Positions 19,542 to 26,409 of a DNA stretch of 32,000 nucleotides are shown piece by piece. The stretch lies in the NCBI RefSeq assembly GCF_001548275.1, contig NZ_AP014945.1, positions 900,001 through 932,000 on the forward strand, in the 5' to 3' direction. The first letter of the stretch is position 1; each line of letters opens with the position of its first letter. The position numbers and the translations under genes are program-made. A model generated the notes under the pieces. It did not search any database, was not told the origin of the DNA, and saw only the letters and a program-made list of their open reading frames with translations. The DNA is from Caldimicrobium thiodismutans (GTDB taxonomy: Bacteria; Desulfobacterota; Thermodesulfobacteria; Thermodesulfobacteriales; Thermodesulfobacteriaceae).

Positions 19542-20058
19542 ATTCCTCTAACCTCTTCTTCAATTCTTTAAGCTTTATAAAATCTTCAGGTTTTTCTTCT
19601 GGCTCAAGGGGATAGTCCTTTCTAAGGGGATGCCCTTTCCAGTTCTCTGGAAGAAGTATTCTTTTAAGATTGGGATGCCCCTTAAAGATAATTCCAAAAA
19701 GATCAAAAACTTCCCTTTCAAGAAAATTTGCCCCTGGAAATAAATCTGTAATACTTTCAAGGGAGAGATCCTCTTCAGGAACCTGAACCCTCAATCTTAA
19801 GGCTATACGCTCATTTAGATTGTAAAGCTCATAAACCACTTCAAAACGGGGATTTTTTCTAAGATTGATATAATCAACAGCAGTTAGGGTTTGCAAGTGA
19901 TTAAAACCTTTATCTTTCAGGAATCTTATAAGATCCTTGAGAATCTCCCTGGATCTAATAATTAAATAGGTTTGACCTCTAAATTCTCCCCTTTCCCAGA
20001 GGGCTTCTCTAAAGGTTTCTTCAATTTCTTTAAGAATTTCTGAAAGTTTATCTTTCAT
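19528..20058 (-). CDS. nuoC: Complex I-like subunit C (30-kDa subunit)
   Basis: 176 aa with FEVVYELYNL..RLRV, PGANFLEREVFDLFGI.F.GHP and LRKDYPL, the NuoC signature. Confidence 0.9.
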   Translation of the reverse strand: MKDKLSEILKEIEETFREALWERGEFRGQTYLIIRSREILKDLIRFLKDKGFNHLQTLTAVDYINLRKNPRFEVVYELYNLNERIALRLRVQVPEEDLSLESITDLFPGANFLEREVFDLFGIIFKGHPNLKRILLPENWKGHPLRKDYPLEPEEKPEDFIKLKELKKRLEEYGIK

Positions 20059-20441
20059 AAGCCTTTCTGCCAGTCAAGAAGCCCTTTCTTTAAATCATAA
20101 AAGAAGCCAGCAAAAATAATAATCAAAAAAAGAAGCATAATTGAGAAACCAGAAAAACTTAGCTCCGAAAAACCATAACACCAGGCATAAAGCAAACCCA
20201 CTTCTACATCAAAAACTGCAAAAAGAATGGCTATAGGAAAGTATCTAATGGTTATTCTCTGCCAGGGAAGACCAGTTGGCTCATTTCCACATTCATAGGG
20301 AATAAGCTTGAGAGAATAATAAAATTTAGGTCTTACAAGGGCTCCAAAAATAAGTCCACCCATACCAAAAATAAAAGCAACAATTAGCATAACCAAAATA
20401 GGGAGATAACCTGAGGGAATAAAGTAATCCGGCCTTTCCAT
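20055..20441 (-). CDS. nuoA: Complex I-like subunit A
   Basis: 128 aa, three TM, with YECGNEP and FDVEVGLLY motifs typical of NuoA/ND3. Confidence 0.9.
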   Translation of the reverse strand: MERPDYFIPSGYLPILVMLIVAFIFGMGGLIFGALVRPKFYYSLKLIPYECGNEPTGLPWQRITIRYFPIAILFAVFDVEVGLLYAWCYGFSELSFSGFSIMLLFLIIIFAGFFYDLKKGLLDWQKGL

Positions 20442-20444
20442 TTC

Positions 20445-20999
20445 TTAATCCCTCACCTTTATCAGAATTCCTTCTCTTTTTGGAGCAGGTTTTAAAATCT
20501 CAGGTATTCCTTTAAGGTTCCAGAATTTATTGGTATATACCTTTTCAGGATATTTCTCTATAAATTCATCCCAGTTTTTAAGAAGCCTTTCTTTATCAAA
20601 GATAAGCCCTGCTCTATCCCTTGAAGAATATTCAAACCATTCGGTTAAAACTATAGCTCCAACAGGACAAACCTCTTCACAATACCCACAATAAATGCAT
20701 CTTAAAGCATGGAGATTATATTCAAGCATTTTTCTTGCCCCAGTCTCAGGGTCTACTTCATACCTCACCTCAATACATCTTGAAGGGCATACCTGAACAC
20801 ACTTCAAACAGGCCACACATCTTGCAGTTCCTGTTTCAGGATCCCTCACCAAAGCATGTCTTCCTCTAAAGGAGGGATATACCGTTACTCTTTCTCTTGG
20901 ATACTGAACAGTTACAGGTTTTTTAAAAAAGGTCTTAAGGGTAATTAAAAGCCCACCAAGGAGATCTTTAAAGATAAGATATTTAGGATCCCTTCTCAT
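20445..20999 (-). CDS. nuoI: Complex I-like subunit I (2x[4Fe-4S])
   Basis: Two ferredoxin motifs, CVACLKCVQVCP and CIYCGYCEEVCP, in a NuoI-like context (YPRE...FRG.HAL). Confidence 0.92.
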   Translation of the reverse strand: MRRDPKYLIFKDLLGGLLITLKTFFKKPVTVQYPRERVTVYPSFRGRHALVRDPETGTARCVACLKCVQVCPSRCIEVRYEVDPETGARKMLEYNLHALRCIYCGYCEEVCPVGAIVLTEWFEYSSRDRAGLIFDKERLLKNWDEFIEKYPEKVYTNKFWNLKGIPEILKPAPKREGILIKVRD

Positions 21000-22225
21000 C
21001 TATCGCACTCTCCCATAACAATATCAAGAGTTCCTATTATAGTTACCAAATCAGCAAGAAAATGATCTTGAGTTAATTTTTTTAGAGCAGAAATGTGAAT
21101 AAAAGATGGGGCTCTTATGTGAAGTCTATATGGTCTTCCTGATCCATCACTCACAAGATAAAAGCCAAGCTCCCCCTTTGCCCCTTCAACAGCAGAGTAA
21201 AGTTCTCCTTTGGGAACAATTTCACCTCCCTCATTCAAAAAGGCAATAAGGGTGCTTTCTCCCAAGGCTTCTGCTTTAAAAGCCCTCTTGTAAAGGGGCA
21301 TATCAAGATCAGGGGAAAGTTCTGCACAAACAGGTCCTTCCGGCATCTTTTCAATACACTGTTTGATAATTTTTAAAGATTGCCTCATCTCTTGAAGCCT
21401 CACCCAGTATCTATCATAGGTATCTCCATTTTTACCCACAGGAATTTCAAATTCCACCTCGGGATAGGCATCATAGGGAAAATGCTTTCTTATATCATAG
21501 GGGATGCCAGAACCTCTAAGGGAGGGGCCGGTCAAACCATAAGCCAAAGCCTCATCCCCTGAAATAACACCCACTCCTTTGGTTCTATCAAGCCAGATTC
21601 TATTTTCCGAGAGAAGCCCTTCATATTCCTCAATCTTTGAATACATATAAGGAATAAAGTTATAAATTTCCTCAAGCACTGATTCCTCCACATCCAGTCT
21701 AACTCCACCAATTCTTGGATAGCTAACTGTAAGCCTTGCTCCGCAGATTTTTTCAAAGAAATTGAGAGTCATCTCCCTTTCACGGAAACAATAAAGAAAA
21801 ACAGTCATAGCTCCGATATCTAAAGCATGGGTTGCAAGCCAAAGAAGATGGCTGGCAATTCTTGCAAGTTCACAAACCATGGTGCGCAGATATTTTCCCC
21901 GTGGTGGAGGCTCAATTCCGAGAAGTCTTTCTACTGCAAGGGCATATCCCGTATTATTGTTCATGGCAGAGATATAATCTAATCTGTCTGTAAGAGGTAA
22001 AACCTGGGCATAATTCAGATTTTCAGCAAGTTTCTCAAGACCCCGATGAAGAAAACCTACAACTGGTTCAAGATCAACGATCTTTTCTCCTTCAAGAACA
22101 AGCCTTAATTTCAGCACCCCGTGTGTTGAAGGGTGCTGAGGCCCCATTTGAATTTCAAAGGGAGAGAAAAAGGGATCTTCAACAGAATAGGTAAGCTCTT
22201 TATAAGCTGAGTTCTTTTCTCGCAT
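20996..22225 (-). CDS. nuoD: Complex I-like subunit D (49-kDa, quinone-site type rather than [NiFe] type)
   Basis: [24 protein letters not shown] and C-terminal [10 protein letters not shown]. The CxxC pairs that ligate Ni-Fe in the homologous hydrogenase large subunits are absent. Confidence 0.95.
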   Translation of the reverse strand: MREKNSAYKELTYSVEDPFFSPFEIQMGPQHPSTHGVLKLRLVLEGEKIVDLEPVVGFLHRGLEKLAENLNYAQVLPLTDRLDYISAMNNNTGYALAVERLLGIEPPPRGKYLRTMVCELARIASHLLWLATHALDIGAMTVFLYCFREREMTLNFFEKICGARLTVSYPRIGGVRLDVEESVLEEIYNFIPYMYSKIEEYEGLLSENRIWLDRTKGVGVISGDEALAYGLTGPSLRGSGIPYDIRKHFPYDAYPEVEFEIPVGKNGDTYDRYWVRLQEMRQSLKIIKQCIEKMPEGPVCAELSPDLDMPLYKRAFKAEALGESTLIAFLNEGGEIVPKGELYSAVEGAKGELGFYLVSDGSGRPYRLHIRAPSFIHISALKKLTQDHFLADLVTIIGTLDIVMGECDR

Positions 22226-22676
22226 AAGGGCCCCAGGTTCTTTTCTCCTCGCGAAGCATTTTTCTCAATTCAAGAAGGCCTTCAATCAGGGCTTCAGGCC
22301 TTGGTGGGCATCCAGGCACATAAATATCTACAGGAACTATCTCATCAACTCCCTGAACGGTAGAATAAGTTCTAAATACTCCTCCTGAACAGGCACAGCT
22401 TCCCATGGCAACCACCCATCTGGGATGACTCATCTGGTCATACACCCTTCTTAAAATGGGAGCCATCTTATAGGTGACAGTTCCAGCAACAATTAAGCAA
22501 TCGGACTGTCGGGGAGAGGCTCTAAAGATTATTCCAAACCTGTCAAGATCATTTCGTGCAGCACCAGAGGCCATCATCTCAATAGCACAACAGGCAAGCC
22601 CAAAGGTAACAGGCCAGAGAGACCCTGCCCTTGCCCAGTTTATTAAGTCATCAAGTTTACCAAGAAAAAGCTCCAT
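22200..22676 (-). CDS. nuoB: Complex I-like subunit B (N2 cluster)
   Basis: [24 protein letters not shown] and [12 protein letters not shown] place the start at the ATG at 22676 ([10 protein letters not shown]...), preceded by AAGGAGAAAATT. The track ORF's 43-aa N-terminal extension would overlap the upstream ferredoxin gene and shows no NuoB-like sequence. Confidence 0.93.
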   Translation of the reverse strand: MELFLGKLDDLINWARAGSLWPVTFGLACCAIEMMASGAARNDLDRFGIIFRASPRQSDCLIVAGTVTYKMAPILRRVYDQMSHPRWVVAMGSCACSGGVFRTYSTVQGVDEIVPVDIYVPGCPPRPEALIEGLLELRKMLREEKRTWGPYARKELSL

Positions 22677-22696
22677 AATTTTCTCCTTGATTTCTT

Positions 22697-23215
22697 CTAC
22701 CAGAGAAGGGCTTTTAGATTTTCTACAATTTTTTGAGCATATTGCTCCCTTGTCTTTCTTGTAGCTTCCTCGGGAAGAACAAAGGAAAGACAAGAAGTTG
22801 TGCATCCCTCAACACAGGCAGGCTTCTCGCCTCTATCAAGGCGATGCATACAGAGATGACACTTAAAAACCTTTCCTGTTTCAGGATTCCACTGGGGAAT
22901 CCCCCAGGGACAGGCCTTCATACAGGACTTACACCCAATACAAAGCTCATCCCTCACATAGACAATTCCATCTTTTTCCCTTCTTGTCATTGCTCCTGTT
23001 GGGCAAGCCCTCACACAAAAGGCATCCTCACAGTGAAAACAATTCATATAAACAAAATAAATTCTTGGAATCCCATTTACATCCTTTGGTCCAACAGGTA
23101 GAATATCACAAAACCTTGGACCAATTGGCAAATTATTCTCAACCTTACAATGAACCACACAGGCAAGGCAACCAATACATTTTCTTTGGTTCTGAGTTAT
23201 CACATATTCGCTCAT
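22697..23215 (-). CDS. 4x[4Fe-4S] ferredoxin-like electron-transfer subunit (PsrB/DmsB/HycB class, short form)
   Basis: 172 aa with four Cys groups: [37 protein letters not shown] and [18 protein letters not shown]. No signal peptide and no TM segment. Confidence 0.9.
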   Translation of the reverse strand: MSEYVITQNQRKCIGCLACVVHCKVENNLPIGPRFCDILPVGPKDVNGIPRIYFVYMNCFHCEDAFCVRACPTGAMTRREKDGIVYVRDELCIGCKSCMKACPWGIPQWNPETGKVFKCHLCMHRLDRGEKPACVEGCTTSCLSFVLPEEATRKTREQYAQKIVENLKALLW

Positions 23216-23229
23216 CTTTACCCTCCAGG

Positions 23230-25311
23230 CTAAATTTTATTAATTTTCACAAAGGTTTCAAAAAGAGGACAATTTCCACCTACAGTAACTTTAAGCTTCT
23301 CTTTCATCAGACGCACATCACTTGCACCCCTTCCAAAAGACCGGGTTCTAACTGGAACAGGATCTCCAAAGCCATGCAGCATAAAAGCCACCTCAGGATG
23401 AACATAAGGTGAAACCCTAACTCTTATCTTTTCAGAGACTCCATTTGAAGAGACCTCAACGAGATCCCCATCTTTCACTCCAAATTTTTTGGAAGCCTCA
23501 GGATGAATGTAAAGGTGATTTTCTGGATAAATTTCATTTAGATAAGGATTATTACTTGTGGTTCTTCCTTGGGTATGAAGGGCCACCTTTCCACTAACAA
23601 GCCTGAGCATACCCTCTGGAGGTGACTCTGGCCTTTCATAAGGAGCAAGAGAGGGAACTCCTGCCTTTTCCAAAAACTCCGAATAGGCCTCAATTTTACC
23701 TGAAGGGGTATTGAATTTAAGATTATTTCTGTCATACCAGATGGGATCCTTGGTTAAATCAATGATCCCTTTTTTACTAAAATCTTCAAAGGTAAAGCCT
23801 GTTCCTTCAAGCTGCCAGTTAACCATTTCAATTTCATCTTTCCAAGGAAAATATTCACCCTTACCAAGTCTTTCTGCCAGAGCTTTAAAAATTTGAAATC
23901 TACTTTTTGCGTCAAATCTGGGTTCAATTACCTTCTGTCTTAAAGCAAGCTGTGGTTTTAGCCCCTTTCTAACCAAAATATTATCTGTTCTCTCAAGATA
24001 GGTAGCCTCTGGTAAGATCACATCGGCATACCAGGCAGTCCAGCTCCAGTTCACATCAATGGCAACCACTAAATCAAGTTTATCAAAGGCCTTAATCCAG
24101 ACCTCAGGATCTGGCATAGAGGCAAGGGGATCGTGCCTCATAGCAATATAGGCCTTTACTGGATAGGGCTCACCAGTTTCAATTACTTCTGGTAAAACCT
24201 GAAGCATCCCCCACTGAGCCCTTATCCATGGATACTTGATTCCTGCTCCATCACAGCGCTCTTCAGTAACCTTAGGGGCAATAGAAGTTGGTTGTTTGAT
24301 TTTAACTCCTGCATCTCCTGCTCCCTTAGAAATTACAATTCCACCCTTGGCCTCATAACTTCCCATAAGGGCATTGAGAATATATATAGCCCTTCTAAAA
24401 TGGAAATCCTGAGAATTCCATGCGGTCATCCATCCTGGATGAAAAATCACTGAAGGCTTAGCATCAGCTGCCTCATAAGCAATCTTTCTTATCTCCTCAG
24501 CTGGAATTCCAGTCTCCTTTTCAGCCCATTCAGGAGTATAAGGCTGAATGAAGCTTCTCAAGTAGTCAAGACCAACTACATATTTATTTACAAAATCTGC
24601 ATCATAAAGATGCTGATTCAAAATAACATTTATTAAAGCTAAAGCCAAGGCATAATCCGTTCCAGGATTAATAATAAAAAACTTATAAGCCTTTGATGCA
24701 GTATAGTTCCAGCGCACATCAATATAAACCATCTTTCCGCCTGAATTTATCATCTCTATAACATTTCTTGCCTCTCCTGTAATCAGACTTTCAAGGAGAT
24801 TTCTTCCAAAGACAACCATATATTTACAGTTTTTATAATCATATCCCACGGTGTTTCTGGCATGCCCTGCCACACTCATATGGGCATTATGCACAGAGTT
24901 GGAACAGGTAGCATGATGGGTAAAATAGTTAGGAGATCCTATAGATCTAAGAAAGAGTTTTTGAAGCTCTGTATGAGGCCCTCCTCTATCACTTAAAGCA
25001 ATAGCCTTAGCTCCATAATTTTCTATAATAGTTTTTAATTTATCTGCAATAAAATCCAAGGCCTCATCCCAAGAGACCCTTCTCCATTTACCAGAACCTC
25101 TTTCTCCATCCCTTATCATAGGATACTGAGGTCTTTCATTGTCGTATTCAAAGGCAACTCCTGCTGCACCTCTGGGACAAAGACTTTTTGCCCCGAATAC
25201 ATGGGGATTTCCCCAGATGTGTTTTATAACTCCCCCCTCAACTTCAACCATTATGGGGCATCTCCCCGTGCACATGCAACAAAGACTATAAACCACTTTC
25301 TTTTCAGTCAT
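23230..25311 (-). CDS. Molybdopterin (bis-MGD) oxidoreductase catalytic subunit, MopB superfamily (Psr/Phs/Ttr-like), no Tat signal
   Basis: 693 aa. The N-terminal FS0 motif is C-x2-C-x3-C...C (SLCCMCTGRCP...GNPHVFGAKSLCPRG). A candidate Mo-ligand Cys lies in THHATCSNS. MGD-binding-like segments follow, and the C-terminus has a barrel region (LYIHPEASKKFGVKDGDLVEVSS). The N-terminus MTEKKVVYSL has no RR motif or hydrophobic leader. There is no in-frame TGA. Confidence 0.9.
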   Translation of the reverse strand: MTEKKVVYSLCCMCTGRCPIMVEVEGGVIKHIWGNPHVFGAKSLCPRGAAGVAFEYDNERPQYPMIRDGERGSGKWRRVSWDEALDFIADKLKTIIENYGAKAIALSDRGGPHTELQKLFLRSIGSPNYFTHHATCSNSVHNAHMSVAGHARNTVGYDYKNCKYMVVFGRNLLESLITGEARNVIEMINSGGKMVYIDVRWNYTASKAYKFFIINPGTDYALALALINVILNQHLYDADFVNKYVVGLDYLRSFIQPYTPEWAEKETGIPAEEIRKIAYEAADAKPSVIFHPGWMTAWNSQDFHFRRAIYILNALMGSYEAKGGIVISKGAGDAGVKIKQPTSIAPKVTEERCDGAGIKYPWIRAQWGMLQVLPEVIETGEPYPVKAYIAMRHDPLASMPDPEVWIKAFDKLDLVVAIDVNWSWTAWYADVILPEATYLERTDNILVRKGLKPQLALRQKVIEPRFDAKSRFQIFKALAERLGKGEYFPWKDEIEMVNWQLEGTGFTFEDFSKKGIIDLTKDPIWYDRNNLKFNTPSGKIEAYSEFLEKAGVPSLAPYERPESPPEGMLRLVSGKVALHTQGRTTSNNPYLNEIYPENHLYIHPEASKKFGVKDGDLVEVSSNGVSEKIRVRVSPYVHPEVAFMLHGFGDPVPVRTRSFGRGASDVRLMKEKLKVTVGGNCPLFETFVKINKI

Positions 25312-25330
25312 AAAAAAACCTCCTTCTTTT

Positions 25331-26152
25331 TTATTTCACAATTAAAACTGGCCTGTCAGTTTTGCTGACTACATCTTCAGCTACACTTCCAAAAATTATT
25401 TTTTGCATGCCCTTTAACCCTCTATTTCCCATAACAATAAAATCGAGATCCTTTTGTTTGGCTATTTCAAGAATTAACTGGGAAGGGCTTCCTCTATACA
25501 AAAGAGATTCTGAAGAAACCCCCTCTTTGAGGGTAAACTTTTTAGCTTCATCTAAGACCTTTTTAGCTTTATCTTCTCCAAATTTATCAGTGATAACAGA
25601 GAGAAGATAAAGAGTTAATTCCAGTTTCTTAGAAAACTTAGTGGCAAATTCTAAAGCTTTGAGAGAGACCTCTGAACCATCTACTGCACAGAGAATACCT
25701 TGTCCTCTAATTTCACTTGTCCGGGGACATATTAATACGGGACATTTCACCTTGGGTATAACTCCAAGAGTTGCACTTCCTATGAAATGTTTAGCAAGAC
25801 CTCGTATACCCCTTCGACCCATTACAATTAAATCTGCCTGAATCTTCTCAGCTGATTCTGCAATGCCAGCTTCAATGCTTTCACTCATAGGAAATAAACC
25901 CTCAACAGATATTCCTTCCTTAGAAGCCTGCTCTTTCAATCTATCTAAAATAGCTCTTGCCTTACTTAGCATAGTCTCAGTATCTCTTGGAACCATGGTG
26001 AAATGTTCAGGATTATAGTAAATTACATGACACACATAAAAAGTCTTGACTCCACATTTCTTACTTAAATACAAAGCTATCCTCTCTGCCCCACTTGAAT
26101 ATTCTGATCCATCTGTTGACACCAAAATTTTGCATAGAGTAAGTTCTCCCAT
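25331..26152 (-). CDS. Tandem universal stress protein (2x UspA domain)
   Basis: 273 aa. Two Usp domains, each with the ATP-binding-type motif G-x2-G-x9-G(S/T): MGRRGIRGLAKHFIGSAT and MGNRGLKGMQKIIFGSVA. It is the first gene of the minus-strand block, 19 nt upstream of the Mo-enzyme gene. Confidence 0.9.
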   Translation of the reverse strand: MGELTLCKILVSTDGSEYSSGAERIALYLSKKCGVKTFYVCHVIYYNPEHFTMVPRDTETMLSKARAILDRLKEQASKEGISVEGLFPMSESIEAGIAESAEKIQADLIVMGRRGIRGLAKHFIGSATLGVIPKVKCPVLICPRTSEIRGQGILCAVDGSEVSLKALEFATKFSKKLELTLYLLSVITDKFGEDKAKKVLDEAKKFTLKEGVSSESLLYRGSPSQLILEIAKQKDLDFIVMGNRGLKGMQKIIFGSVAEDVVSKTDRPVLIVK

Positions 26153-26186
26153 TCTTCTTCCTCCTCCTGCAATTTAAAAAATTTAT

Positions 26187-26202
26187 CTCAAAAGACATGC
26201 CA
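26187..26202 (-). promoter_or_regulatory. Weak candidate sigma-54 (-24/-12) promoter for the minus-strand operon
   Basis: The minus strand reads TGGCATG-TCTT-TTGAG against the consensus TGGCACG-N4-TTGCW. The -24 element and spacing are good, but the -12 element has GA instead of the near-invariant GC. It lies about 36 nt upstream of the usp ATG, with GGAGGAGG as SD. Confidence 0.3.
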
Positions 26203-26274
26203 AAAAAAGGAATAGACCTACATCTCAGATTTTCTTATATTTTGGAAACTTCTAAGATTTCTTTTAATCCCTAT

Positions 26275-26312
26275 TGTGCCTTTTGGCACACCTAAGTGTT
26301 CCATTTGGAACA
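26275..26312. promoter_or_regulatory. Two 16-bp perfect palindromes of TGT-N10-ACA type (candidate enhancer/UAS for a sigma-54 activator)
   Basis: TGTGCCTTTTGGCACA (26275-26290) and TGTTCCATTTGGAACA (26297-26312). Centres are 22 bp apart, about two helical turns. Both fit the TGT-N10-ACA layout known for NifA-type EBP sites. They lie between the two divergent candidate sigma-54 promoters. Confidence 0.5.
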
Positions 26313-26351
26313 GTTTTTTTCTCAGATTTTTAAAAATTCTTTGATTTATTC

Positions 26352-26367
26352 GGGCATAATTTTTGCT
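26352..26367 (+). promoter_or_regulatory. Sigma-54 (-24/-12) promoter for the 26410 gene
   Basis: GGGCAT-AATT-TTTGCT: GG at 26353-26354 and GC at 26365-26366, with the canonical 11-nt G-to-G spacing and an exact TTGCT -12 element. It lies about 43 nt upstream of the ATG at 26410 and is followed by the AGGAGGTG SD. Confidence 0.6.
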
Positions 26368-26409
26368 TACTTTATAGTGAGCCTTAAATTTTAAGCAGGA
26401 GGTGAAGAT

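Noticed and set aside
20996-22225. Possibility that the NuoD homologue is a [NiFe]-hydrogenase large subunit, which would make this an Ech/Mbh/FHL-type hydrogenase
   Set aside because: The N-terminal RxCGxC and C-terminal DPCxxC Ni-Fe ligand motifs are absent. The sequence instead has the QHPSTHG and GECDR motifs characteristic of quinone-reducing NuoD.
22677-22805. 43-codon N-terminal extension of the NuoB ORF in the track ([11 protein letters not shown]...), overlapping the ferredoxin gene
   Set aside because: The extension has no NuoB-like sequence and overlaps the well-supported 4Fe-4S gene by more than 100 nt. The internal ATG at 22676 has a strong AAGGAG SD and yields a normal-length NuoB.
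22474-23412. Plus-strand ORFs 22474-22764, 22733-23101 and 22984-23412 (96-142 aa)
   Set aside because: They lie antisense to the nuoB, ferredoxin and MopB genes, which have unmistakable motifs. Their translations are low-complexity with no recognisable domains, so they are shadow ORFs.
23230-25311. Possibility that the Mo enzyme is a selenocysteine or FdhH-type formate dehydrogenase
   Set aside because: There is no in-frame TGA and no (U/C)H dyad in the position aligned with FdhH U140-H141. The local sequence is ATCSNS. This is judged by eye only, so it is stated as unlikely rather than excluded.
26241-26260. A third half-site-like sequence TTTGGAAAC upstream of the two palindromes
   Set aside because: Only one half resembles the GGAACA/GGCACA arms, and no matching left arm lies at the N4 spacing. 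The evidence is too weak to call a third operator.
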